A stretch of 64,000 bases of DNA, from contig NW_027362771.1 in assembly GCF_046119375.1 (NCBI RefSeq), forward strand, positions 226,796,001-226,860,000. The letters are read 5' to 3'. This DNA is from Phyllobates terribilis (taxonomy: Eukaryota). The translations under genes were made by a program, and so were the position numbers. The notes beneath the pieces are model-generated. The model saw only the letters and a list, made by a program, of their open reading frames with translations, was not told where the DNA came from and ran no database searches. Shown here in pieces: positions 1 through 10,843 of the stretch (the first letter of the stretch is position 1; every line of letters begins with the position of its first letter).

Positions 1-569
1 CATGTGAGACAGTTTCTTTGTAGCTTTCTTGGTATTTGCAACTGCACTTGGGGACACTTTCAAAGTTTGCCCAATTTTTCGCACTGTCTGACCTTCATTT
101 CTTAAAGTATTGATGGCCACTCGTTTTTATTTACTTAGCTGCTTTTTTCTTGCCATAATACAAATTCTAACAGTCTATTCAGTAGGACTATCAGCTGTGT
201 ATCCACCTGACTTCTGCACAACACAACTGATGGTCCCAACCCCATTTATAAGGCAAGAAATCCCACTTATTAAACCTGACAGGGCACACCTGTGAAGTGA
301 AAACCATTTCCGGTGACTACCTCTTGAAGCTCATCAAGAGACTGCCAAGAGTGTGCAAAGCAGTCATCAAAGCAAAAGGTGGCTACTTTGAAGAACCTAG
401 AATATAAGACATATTTTCAGTTGTTTCACACTTTTTGTTAAGTATATAATTCCACATGTGTTAATTCATAGTTTTGATGCCTTCAGTGCGAATGTACAAT
501 TTTCAAAGTCATGAAAATACAGAAAAATCTTTAATTGAGAAGGTGTGTCCAAACTTTTGGTCTGTACTG
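1..569 (-). mobile_element. Tc1/mariner element, left part (5' end of transposase plus ~270-bp terminal inverted repeat); continues upstream of the window
   Basis: 1-120 matches the degenerate minus-strand transposase N-terminus at 35226-35462 (LRNEGQSVRKIG...). It ends in GTGTGTCCAAACTTTTGGTCTGTACTG followed by TA (570-571), the reverse complement of the terminus at 34269. Confidence 0.85.
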
Positions 570-582
570 TACATAACAAAAA

Positions 583-2115
583 ATGTCCCGCTCATCCCAA
601 ACTCGCTATTCAGCGGAGGAGGCATATGCTTTTTGACAGCGAGGGCGAGGATCCCACATTTCTTTTTTTTTCCTCCTCCTCATCTTCTTCCTCCTCCTCC
701 TCTTCTTCCTCCTCTTCCTCTTCCTCGTCAGGTGCTGCTGGACTGGATTCGTGGCGGAATCAGGAATCAAGTTTGACACCACCGGCCTCACAGAAATAGA
801 CTTTTTCAAAGTCTTTTTCTCTGAGGATTTCGTAATCCTCATGGTGGGCCAAACTGATTTATACGCTCATCAATTTTTGGAAAAAAACCCCTCTTCATCA
901 TTTTCTAACTGGTCTCCTGTAGACACAGTAGAAATGATGAAGTTTTGGGGCCTGGTATTTCTTATAGGGATCCTGAATAAGCCAGAACTTTGGCAATACT
1001 GGAGTGTTGACGTTTTGTATACACTCCAGTGTTCCGAATGGTCATGATCTGGAGACGTTTTCAGGTCATCCACAAGTTCTTGCATTACAACGATAGTGCA
1101 AGGTGTCCTGCACGCGATGACCCGGACTTTGATCGTGTTTTCAAAGTTCGGCCTGTCATCGAACACTTCAACAACAAGTTTGCTGAAGTTTACGTGCCCC
1201 AAAGGGACATCTGCATGCATGAGTCCTTAATCGCTTTTAAAGGGCGGTTTGGATTCCGGCAGTATCTGCCCAGTAAGAGGGCCATGTACAGAATCAAGCT
1301 GTATAAACTTTGTGAGAGTACCTCAGGGTACACTCACAAGTTTAGAGTTTATGAAGGGAAGGAATCCCCGATTGAACCTCCTGAATGCCCCTCTGTTCTG
1401 GGAGTGAGTCAGAAAATTGTGTGGGACTTGGTGCACCTACTGCTGGATAAAGGTTATCATCTATACGTGGATAACTTTTATACCAGTGTCACTCTCTTCA
1501 AGTCCATCTCTGAGCGACGTACTGCAGCCTGCGGTACTGTTCGCAAAAATCAGAGAGGCCTCCCAAAGACGCTAATTGAGCAGCTGCTCAGAAGGGGTGA
1601 GAGCAGAGCCCAATGTAGCCACCACCTGCTGGTGGTCAAGTACAAGGACAAGAGGGATGTCCTTTTCTTGATCACCATACATGGTGATGGCAGCACCCTC
1701 AGCACTGTACAAGGTTCCACTACATAGGTCGCCAAACCAGACTGTATAGTGGGGTACAACAAGTACATGGGGAGAGTTGATCTCTCTGATCAAGTCCTCC
1801 AGCCGTACAGTGCTTTGAGAAAGGCCAAGGTATGGTATAAGAAGCTGGCCGTGCACATCGTTCAGATGGCAATGCACAACGTTTTCCTTCTGTCACAATG
1901 TGCAGGCCAGACTTCTACGCTGTATCTTCACTTTCAGGAGACAGTTATCAAGGCCTCACAGCGAAAAAAAAGGTAAGTCGCAAAAGAAGTGCAGAGTGTG
2001 TTATAAAAGGGGAATATGCAAGGACACCATTTACCAATGTGACACCTGCCCCGACAAACCTAGCCTGTGCATAAAAGACTGCTTCAAAAGCTACCATACT
2101 TCAATTGACTACTAA
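583..2115 (+). pseudogene. piggyBac (PGBD4-like) transposase pseudogene with frameshifts and stops
   Basis: ORF pieces 751-1047, 1029-1727, 1749-1976 and 1900-2115 contain HESLIAFKGR, QYLPSK, KLYKLCESTSGY, YVDNFYTS, YNKYMGRVDLSDQ and a C-terminal Cys-rich domain (CRVC...CDTC...LCIKDCFKSYH). Confidence 0.92.
671..727 (+). repeat. (TCC/TCT)n microsatellite, a poly-Ser tract in the piggyBac N-terminal region
   Basis: Directly visible trinucleotide run. Confidence 0.85.
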
Positions 2116-2269
2116 ATTAATTTCTGACATATGACAACCTGATGAACACTACACAACTGACGTAGTGTCCGTCAGGTTGTCTTACGTAAGTTGTGTAGTG
2201 TTCTTCAGGTTGACTTACACAACTGACGTATGACGCTACATTATAAGATTCAAAAATCAGCTATCACTT

Positions 2270-3700
2270 CCAAAAAGGGGGCACTTGTTGGGCATTTCCA
2301 CTGTTTAGGCACATCAGGAGCTCTGGGAACGTGACATGATGCCCGCAGACCGTTCCATCAAAGTCTGCATTCCAAAGCGTCACTCCTTCCCTTCCGAGCC
2401 CTGACATGCGCCCAAACCGTAGTTTTCTCCAACACATGGGGTATCAACGTACTTAGGAGAAATTGCACAACAACTTTTAGGGTCCAATTTCTCCTAGTGC
2501 CCTTGTGAAAATAAAAATATTGCGCCTAAAAGATCGTTTTTGTGGAAAAAAAATAGATTTTTTTTTTCACGGCTCTACGTCATAAACTTTTTCAAAAGTG
2601 CTCTCCACACATCTGAAGAAGTTCCCTGAGGGGTCTAGTTTCCAAAATTGGGTCACTTGTGGGGGGATTCCACTGTTTAGGCACATCAGGGGCTCTCTAA
2701 ATGCGACATTGGGTCCGCTGTCAATTCCAGCGAGTTTTGCATTGAAAACGTCAAATGGCGCTCCTTCCCTTCCGAGCCCTGCCGTGTGCCCAAACAATGG
2801 CTTTCCCCCACATATGAGGTATCAGCGTATTCAGGAGAAATTGCAAAACAACATTTGGGGTCCAATTTCTCCTAGTACCATCGTGAAAATAAAAATATTA
2901 TTGCTAAAAGATTGTTTTTGTGGAAAAAAAAGATTTTTTTTTACATTGCTCTACGTCATAAACCTTTGCAAAACAATTGGGGTTTCAAAGTGCTCGCCAC
3001 ACATATAAATAAATTTCCTGAGGGGTCTTGTTTCCAAAATGTGGTCAATTGTGGGGGGTTTCCCCTGTTTAGGCACATCAGGGGCTCTCCAAACACGACA
3101 TGGGGTCCGCTGTGAATTCCAGCAAGTTTTGCATTGAAACCGTCAAATGGTGCTCCTTCCCTTCTGAGCCCTGCCATGCACCCAAACAATGACTTTCTCC
3201 CACATATGAGGTATCAGCATACTCAGGAGAAATTGCACAACAACATTTGGGGTCCAATTTCTCCTAATACCCTCGTGAAAATAAAAATATTGCGGCTAAA
3301 AATGATTTTTTTTTTCACGGCTCTACGTCATAAACCTTTGCAAAACACTTGGGGGTTAAAAGTTCTCACCACACATCTAAATAAGTTCCCTGAGGGGTAT
3401 AGTTTTCAAAATGGGGTCACTTTTTGGGGATTTCCACTGTTTAGGCACATCAGGGGCTCTCCAAACGCGACATGGGGTCCACTGTGAATTCCATCAAGTT
3501 TTGCATTGAAAACGTCAATTGGCGCTCCTTCCCTTTTGAGCCCTGCCGTGCGCCCAAACAATGGCTTTCCCCCACATATGAGGTATCGGCGTACTTAGTA
3601 GAAATTGCACAACAACTTTTTGGGTCCAATTTCTCCTGGTACCCTTGTGAAAATAAAAAATTGGGGTCTAAAATAAAATTTTAGTGAAAAAAAAGTTAAA
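2270..3700. repeat. About 4 tandem units of ~370-390 bp inside the piggyBac 3' region
   Basis: The motif GTGCTC-CCACACAT...CCTGAGGGG recurs near 2598, 2990 and 3362. Confidence 0.85.
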
Positions 3701-4306
3701 TGTTCATTTTTTACTTTCACATTCAATCAATTGAAGCACGTGAAGGGTTAATAAACTTCTTGAATGTGTTTTTGAGTACCTTGAGGGGTGCAATTTTTAG
3801 AACGGTGTCACTTTTGGGTATTTTCTGTCATAAAGGCCCCTCAAAGTCACTTAAAATGTGATGTGGTCCCTAAAAAAATAGTTTTGTAAATTTTGTTGTA
3901 AAAATGAGAAATCACTGGTCAACTTTTAACCCTTATAACTCCCTAACAAAAAAAAATTTTGGTTCCAAAATTGTGCTGATGTAAAGTAGACATGTGGTAA
4001 ATGTTATTTATTAACTATTTTGTGTGACATATCTCTCTGATTTAAGGGCATGAAAATTCAAAGTTTGAAAATTGTAAAATTTTCAAATTTTTTGCCAAAT
4101 TTCCATTTTTTTCACAAATAAATGCAAGTGATATCGATGAAATTTTACCACAATCATGAAGTACAATATGTCACGAAAAAACAGTCTCAGAATCAGGGGG
4201 ATCCGTTGAAGCGTCCCAGAGTAATTACCTCATAAAGTGACAGTGGTCAGAATTGTAAAAATTGGCCTGGTCATTAACGTGCAAACCACCTTGGGGGGTA
4301 AAGGGG

Positions 4307-4776
4307 TTAAGGAGAAATGTGTGAATGTTTTGCAGTGGCCTAGTTAAAGCCCAGACTTTAATCCAAATGAGAATCTGTGCTCAGACTTGAAGATTGCTGT
4401 TCACCAGCGGAAACCATCTAACTTGAAGGAGATGGAGCAGTATTGCCTTAAGGGATGGGCAAAAATCCCAGTGGTAAATGTGGAATGCTCATAGAGAGTT
4501 ATCCAAAGTGGCTTGCAGCTGTAATTACCACAAAGGAGGCTCTACAAAGTACTGACTTCAGGGGGGTGAATAGTTATGCCCACTGAAATTTACAGTTATG
4601 TTGTCCTATTTGTTGTTTGCTTTACAATAAAAGTAAAAACAAATGTTCGCAGTTTTAGGCATGTTCTTTACATGAACTGATGCAAACCCTCAAGAAAAAC
4701 AAACAGTGAAATTCCAAGTTGTGAGGTAGGAAAACACAAAAAATACCAAGGGGGTGAATACTTTCAAAAATCACTG
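4307..4776 (+). mobile_element. Tc1 element 3' end (degenerate transposase C-terminus plus right terminus), interrupted by the piggyBac at a TTAA
   Basis: Translates to KEKCVNVLQWPS*SPDFNPNENL..DLKIAVHQRKPSNLKE. It ends GGGGTGAATACTTTCAAAAATCACTG followed by TA. Confidence 0.8.
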
Positions 4777-6962
4777 TAGCTTTTCAGTGTGTGTCAAGTG
4801 TGTACATGAGGACTAACACCATTCCCTGCTATTATATGACTCATATCCTGCATTTTGTACCAATTTTTTTCTAATTTTCAATTCTTTCTGAATTAGTGGG
4901 TTAAGACTAGATGTTATGATGTCTCATAAAAAAGCAGCCATACTTATCAATAACTGGCTACAGTACCAATTTACTGCAGGATGCAGACAGGCCCAAGTGA
5001 GACGTGGTGGAGTTAGTATAGGTGCAAAATACTGATAAACAACCTCTCACACATCTATTATCCATGAGAAGGGGTAGTTGTATGAGTGTCTTTTTTATCA
5101 GCATCAGCCATGAGCAGTGCTGGTTTCTTATTACAGGCTAAATGGTTTGTTCGGCCTTACTCCAGCGGGTTCAACGGAGTATCCTCACAATGCGCAATTC
5201 ACTGCACATTGCACATGATGTGAGGATTCAAAAGTCTGCAGTCACCTAGAATGACTGCAGATTTGTAGCCTAAGGCCAAACAACTCCTTTAAGGCTTGTA
5301 TAAGGTGTAAGTTACACAGATACGTGTAGTGCACCATGCAGACTAACAGCCTACAGGTTCACTGTCTCACACAATGTAAGTATACCCCACAAGGACCTCT
5401 ACCACATATCACTTTGGCCTGTCTATATGCTTCAGTTTATTGATATTCTAACAAGTTATTGGTAAATACGGCATCTTTTTTCTGTGATGTGTTTTGATTT
5501 GATTTCCTTTTCAGTGACCTTCTTGTTAGATATCTCTTATATGGTTACCTAAATTTAGTTTGGTATAACCGCTAGTGGTTCAGGTACTGCCATAATATCG
5601 ACACTAAAATGTGACCTCATTACCGTTGTCAAAAAAACTGCCTAAGATTGCCGATGTGATTATCTGTATATAGCATTTATTGTGATTATCTGTATATAGC
5701 ATTTATTACAATTTGCTGTCCTTCCATATACAGCTCAAACAAAATTGAGTTGCTCTGTAGAGCTATAGAACTTTTTGTAGCCTTTACTAATCTTGTCTAA
5801 CCAGCATCCAAAAACGTTATTGCCTTCTACATCCTTTTGTAATTTGTCCTTGTATATATGTGTAAAGGCCCTTTGTTAAGTGCTGAAAAGCATTTCCTTG
5901 CTTGTCCTATATTTCAACTCTCAGCTTTGTAAGCATAGCGAAAATGAAAAACTCTTCTCGGGCCTGTGGACTCGTATATCGATTAATAAGTACTGCAATA
6001 ACATCAATTGTTTATATCCTAATCCAGAAATGAAAATGATTATAGTCCAATACTGTATACTTTATCCGCCAAAGTGTAGTTTGTTTTCAATTTTGAACTT
6101 GGTGAGGTGAAAGTGATCTTCATTTGTCATTGCTAATGTGAGACAGGCTGCCTGCTTTGCTAACACATTTCAGGCTTTCATTTATCAAGGGAATATTGAC
6201 TGAACTGGAGTGTGGAGAAAGGGGACTGACTGCATCTTTCAGTAAACTATTAAGAATTACACAGCGAATGTGGATTTCTGTTTTATTGTGAGCGACATAT
6301 AAAGTCTTATCTAACACTATACTAGGCCACAGGTCCCCGTCATAATCTAAAATGTTTATTAATTGTTCATGCTTTTATATCAAAAACTGAATATTTCAAA
6401 TGATAGAAAAAGCAATAAATAAGCTTGCCTTAATTTAAGCTTGACACAGTTGAATTCAGTAATGGTCATGCCAGATGTAATTTGCATAGTGTTGCTTCTG
6501 ATTTAGATTAGTTGGTTTATTTGATTTATGGCTTATTAAGGTCTACATTTGTAACTTAATCAATAAGAGTTTTATATGTTGGCTGACATTCATTTGAACT
6601 CTCTTTTTATAGCCATAGCTACATATATCAAAATAATGGACAGAGGCTTGAGTAAGAAGTTTATATACTGTATGTCATTTAGGCCTATTTTTAAGATGAA
6701 CAATACAAAGTTATATTGTGGTACCGTGTTAGCCAGAAAAATCAATGTAAATACTTTTATGCCAAAAATGACAAAAGTATTCTAGGAGTGATGCCTTTAT
6801 TGGCTAACCAGAAATATATATATATATATATACAGTACATAAGCAAGCTTTCAGAGCACAGAGGCTCCTTCGTCAGGCAAGATTACAAATGAAAAGGCCT
6901 ATTTTTAAATATTTAATGTTTGGCACAAAGGATGCATAGGTAGATAGACTGAAAGTAGTTAA

Positions 6963-7408
6963 AGGGAATCTGTCAGCAGGATTTCAACCCCCTAACAATT
7001 TATATGCACATGTAGCTTGTTCAAAGACAAGTCCAGCAATACATTTACATGGCTAGTCTATTCATCCCTTACTGAGAAATCAGTGTTTGAATTGGCATGC
7101 AAATGAAGTTGTAGATCTGAAGACTATCACTCCAGCTCAATTCCTCGTCCAACACCGCCTCCTTCTGCTTGACTGATAGCTGTGTGACTTCAGGCAAAGG
7201 AGTCATCAGTCAAGTAGAAGAAGGCGGTGCTGGGCGGGGAATTTAGCTGGAGTGATAGAGCCTTTGGATCTACAGCCTCTTCAAACACTCATTTCTCAGT
7301 AATGGAGGAACGGATCGGCCTTGTAGAGGTATTGTTGGACTTGTCTTTGAAAGAGCTACATGCAAATATAAATAGTTTAGGGTGTGAAATCCTGCTAACA
7401 GATTCCCT
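6963..7408. mobile_element. Kolobok/T2-type MITE
   Basis: TTAA flanks at 6959-6962 and 7409-7412. TIRs are AGGGAATCTGTCAGCAGGATTTCA and TGAAATCCTGCTAACAGATTCCCT. Confidence 0.85.
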
Positions 7409-8581
7409 TTAAGTGTCTCAGATATGGTTCTGCCTTTAGGCTGTATTGAAATTTACTGGAGTTGGTGCAGGGCTGGCCATCACACCTGGGCTCTAGTGCC
7501 TAGGGGAGCTCAAAAAGTCCCCTTGGACCACATGATACGACTAATACTATTAAAGATCCACGATAGTTGGGTGCCCTGTTGGAGATGTATTGCGACTTAT
7601 GAGCACCAATGCCAATGACTGGAGTTCAAGATAATGTTAAATAGGAATATTTTACACTGTGGACACAGATGAGGGTCTATATTTATCTACACTGTCTGTT
7701 CCTACTCTATAGTACATTAGACTGTGCCTCATCATTTTTCGTTGACATTAATAGTCTTATGACCTTTCTCTGTCAATTGACTTAAGTTTTTTGCAGCAGC
7801 TATAAAGCACATACATCCTGCTGCAGATAATAAAGGAAGTATAAGAATTCCGTCAATATAGTCTTGTCAGGAAAGTCTTTAAGAGTGAGATGTATCAATA
7901 AAATGTAAAAAATAGACCAAATATTTTATCTGTCTTCTACATACCTGCGATGTTGGTGCCAGTTCTCCCGGGGCTCGTGTAACATTTTTATGCCACATGA
8001 GCCATGCAGCCAATCAGCAGCATTACTCACACCACCTTCAGATGTTTGTTCATCTGAAGGAAGTGAGATTGCAACTAGTGTTGAGCCACCCCCGTAGTGT
8101 TCGAGTTCGGTTCGGTTCGTCGAACACCCGTGTGTTCGCCGAACTGTTCGTCGAACTGTTCGTCGAACACCTTCGAACACCGTTAAAACCAATGGCAGGC
8201 AAACAAAAACACATAGAAACACATAGAAAACACCTTCAAAGGTGTCCAAAAGCTGACAAACTGCTCAGAAGACATAACTAACACATGGAAAAGTGACAAG
8301 TACATATAGTCATGCGAAAATAAAAGAGGTGGAGGAGTAAAAGGAGGGGGAGACACAGATATAGGCATGTCATGCCCTTCTAAAATCCAAAAAGTGAGAA
8401 GCCGACACGGCCAGTCCGCTCCTGCCCGTGCCACCTCCGTGTCGCCGGGTTTGTGCCAGAGCCGCGGTGAACCCTGACGGCCAGCCCCCCTCTCCCAATA
8501 CTGGTGCCTGTCCGCTGGTGGGTCGAGCGAGCCCCCCTGTGGTGGAGGCAGCTCTAAGCTTTTTAATTTAAATTGTCTCTC

Positions 8582-8852
8582 TAATTTGAATGAATACACT
8601 TTAAATCCATTTACAAGGATCTATTGGAGGGCAAGTCTCATGCCAGCAGCCGCGGTAATTCCAGCTCCAGTAGCGTCCACTAAAGCTGCTGCAGTTAAAA
8701 AGCTTTTATAAGGATCGAGCTCGGCTGTCCACCGCAAGGCATCCTACTGCCAGTCCCAGCCCCTATGCCTTGGGGTGCCTCCTGATGCTCTTCACTAAGT
8801 ATCCCATGGTCCCGAAGCATTTCCTTTGAAAAAATTAAGTGTCTAAACTACA
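8582..8852 (+). pseudogene. Degenerate 18S rRNA fragment (helix-18/530-loop region into V4) carried inside hAT copy 1
   Basis: The sequence TTGGAGGGCAAGTCT..TGCCAGCAGCCGCGGTAATTCCAGCTCCA.TAGCGT...GCTGCAGTTAAAAAGCT...CCCGAAGC.TTT.CTTTGAAAAAATTA matches vertebrate 18S rRNA as I recall it, with many substitutions. Confidence 0.92.
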
Positions 8853-9118
8853 GGTGGTGCAGCTTGCTTAACAGCCGGGATAATCCGCTCACTAGCAGAC
8901 ACTGCTACTAGGCACAAAGTATTTCCTGGGCTAGATGCAGTTAAAAATTTGTAATTAGATACTCTCGTTGGATGCTGAGAAAGCATTCCATAGAGTCTCC
9001 TGGCACGCCATATATGATTCTCTTAAAAAGCTTGGGGTAGGGGTCTAGGGGACCCTTTTATAGCCAAAATCACGGCCCTGTATCGCAATACGTCACCTAG
9101 GCTGAAGATAAATGGAAC

Positions 9119-10331
9119 TGTAGCACCCTGAGGGCTCGGTTGCTACAGACGTATTGCACCTCACCCAGAGGTGTGATATCTCACTCTCAGGTAAGGATGG
9201 AGTGTGGATCAGGACCCGACACCTGCATGCATTACACCACATTGCCGTGGGGCAGGGCGACCAATATGCCCCTGAGATGGGCACGACAGTCCCTGTCCCT
9301 GGCTGGAGTGGGGGGAGGGAACATTGAGGAAGGGGAACCCTGTAGTGCAGGAGCAGGGAGGAAGCAGTTCCTGGGTGCATTGAGAAGGGAGTATAAAAGG
9401 TGGGCACCATCTTAGTTCAGTGCAGAGAAGTCTGAGCAGAAGTGGCAGGGAGCAGGGGCTCTGCATGAGCTCTGCTCCGGAGGCGGGCCTAGTAACAGAG
9501 GCCCAGGCCTGGAAGAGGGAGAAGGAAGGAAGAGGAGCGGAGAAGGCTCCAGGAACGAGGAATGAAGGGATCCCAGGGGTGCGGACGGGCGAGTCGCCAC
9601 CGCACGCCCGAATCCACCTGCGTGGAGGGGTCAGGCCAAAGGGGGAGACCGGTCCCCGAACTAGTGGAGGCAGGAAACGACCCTCAGCTAGAAACCGGAG
9701 GCTCTGACATTTTATGTGGCGCAGCCCCTCGCTACACCCGCTAGGAAGGCACCACATAGGGTCAGGGAAACTGGCGCCAAGTTTACCAAGAGGAGGCCCG
9801 AGGCAGCCGGACAGAAGTGTTGGTAAGAAAGGCCAGACAAAGGACACACAAAGGGGGTCCTGTGAAGTGCTCCAAAGTTATCTGGGAGTTGTCTGAGCCC
9901 CTCACCTGGTGAGCACAGTACGACGTGGGCAGCCGTTACCTGCAGACGTGGTCTGGATAATAAGAACTGTGAGTAAAGGCCCTGAACTGCATCACTGACT
10001 CCGTGTCGTTACTGCTGCTGCCCTGCACCATCACCCCCATCCTCCGCATACACTGCCCTGAGGCTATACTCCTCCCGTGGGGAGTTATGCTACGCTCTGC
10101 TGCACCCACAACACCAGCCTCAGTGGTCTGCCGTGTAGCGGCGGTTCACTCTGACCGCAATCCACTGGTGGCGTAGTCGGACATTTAAACATGAAAACCA
10201 CATAAATAGTTCCGCCACTGGTTTGACCGCCCTGAGCCACGGAACTGGGTCGCCGCCACGAAGACTACAACCACCAGCATCCACCAAAAAGGGTCCGGCT
10301 CCGGGTGTCCCAAGGCCCAGGGGGTGCGTCA
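9119..10331 (+). mobile_element. Solo LTR (probably Gypsy-type) nested in hAT copy 1
   Basis: TG...CA termini, 4-bp TSD GAAC at 9115-9118 and 10332-10335, TATAAAA at 9392-9398, and no internal coding region. Confidence 0.8.
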
Positions 10332-10335
10332 GAAC

Positions 10336-10770
10336 ATTTTCACAATCACCAATGGGACAAGGCAGTGATGTCCTCTGTCCCCTCTCTTATACATCCTAGT
10401 GACGGAGCACCTGCTCTCATCAATTCGCCATAACCCCAATATTAGGTGGATTGAGGTGGGAGGCACCGAGTACAAGTGCTCTCTATTTGCTGATGATGTC
10501 CTAGTATATATCACTCAATCACATATATCCATCCATGCTGTTATGGCTGAAATAGATCACTTTGTTACATGGTAAAATTTTAAAATCAATGCAGCGAAGT
10601 CTGAGGCCCTCGATGTCTCCCTCCCCAAATCCATATAGGATTCCATCCAGTCCAACTTTCCCTTTGCCTGGCCCTCACAGGGTATCAAATACTTAGGAAT
10701 TCCTATTCATAGAGACCTCTCCCATCTATGTTATCTTAATTTTGGGCCCTTTATTGAACAACTCCATACA
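10336..10770 (+). pseudogene. L1-clade LINE reverse-transcriptase fragment inside the hAT
   Basis: Translates to GTRQ*CPLSPLLY...SLFADDVLVY...FKINAAKSEAL...IKYLGI. Confidence 0.88.
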
Positions 10771-10843
10771 GACCACGGTTGGCAAGTTAGAACTGTAAGA
10801 TTCACTACGTGAACCACTGGTGTTTTGTGGAAAAGCACATGTA

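Larger units (their letters stand above)
572..4306 (+). mobile_element. piggyBac DNA transposon with left end missing: transposase pseudogene, ~390-bp tandem repeats and right terminus
   Basis: Carries piggyBac transposase fragments and ends ...GGGGGGTAAAGGGG followed by TTAA (4307-4310). Its 3' part is homologous to 25290-27400. Confidence 0.85.

Noticed and set aside
474-842. Poly-Ser, poly-Pro and poly-Arg/Lys ORFs
   Set aside because: Alternative frames of the (TCC)n microsatellite.
2135-2215. CTGATGA as a hammerhead core
   Set aside because: No correctly placed stem II-GAAA-stem III; the motif is part of a simple fold-back.
5880-6785. Short ORFs as host-gene exons
   Set aside because: No recognisable protein similarity and no convincing splice-site pair.
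8582-8852. Functional 18S rRNA gene or rDNA unit
   Set aside because: Only ~270 bp, heavily substituted, with no flanking rDNA, and inside a transposon.
9093-9896. Cluster of 60-212 aa ORFs on both strands (also 41776-42580)
   Set aside because: GC-rich LTR sequence with no recognisable domain, and the frames differ between the two copies.
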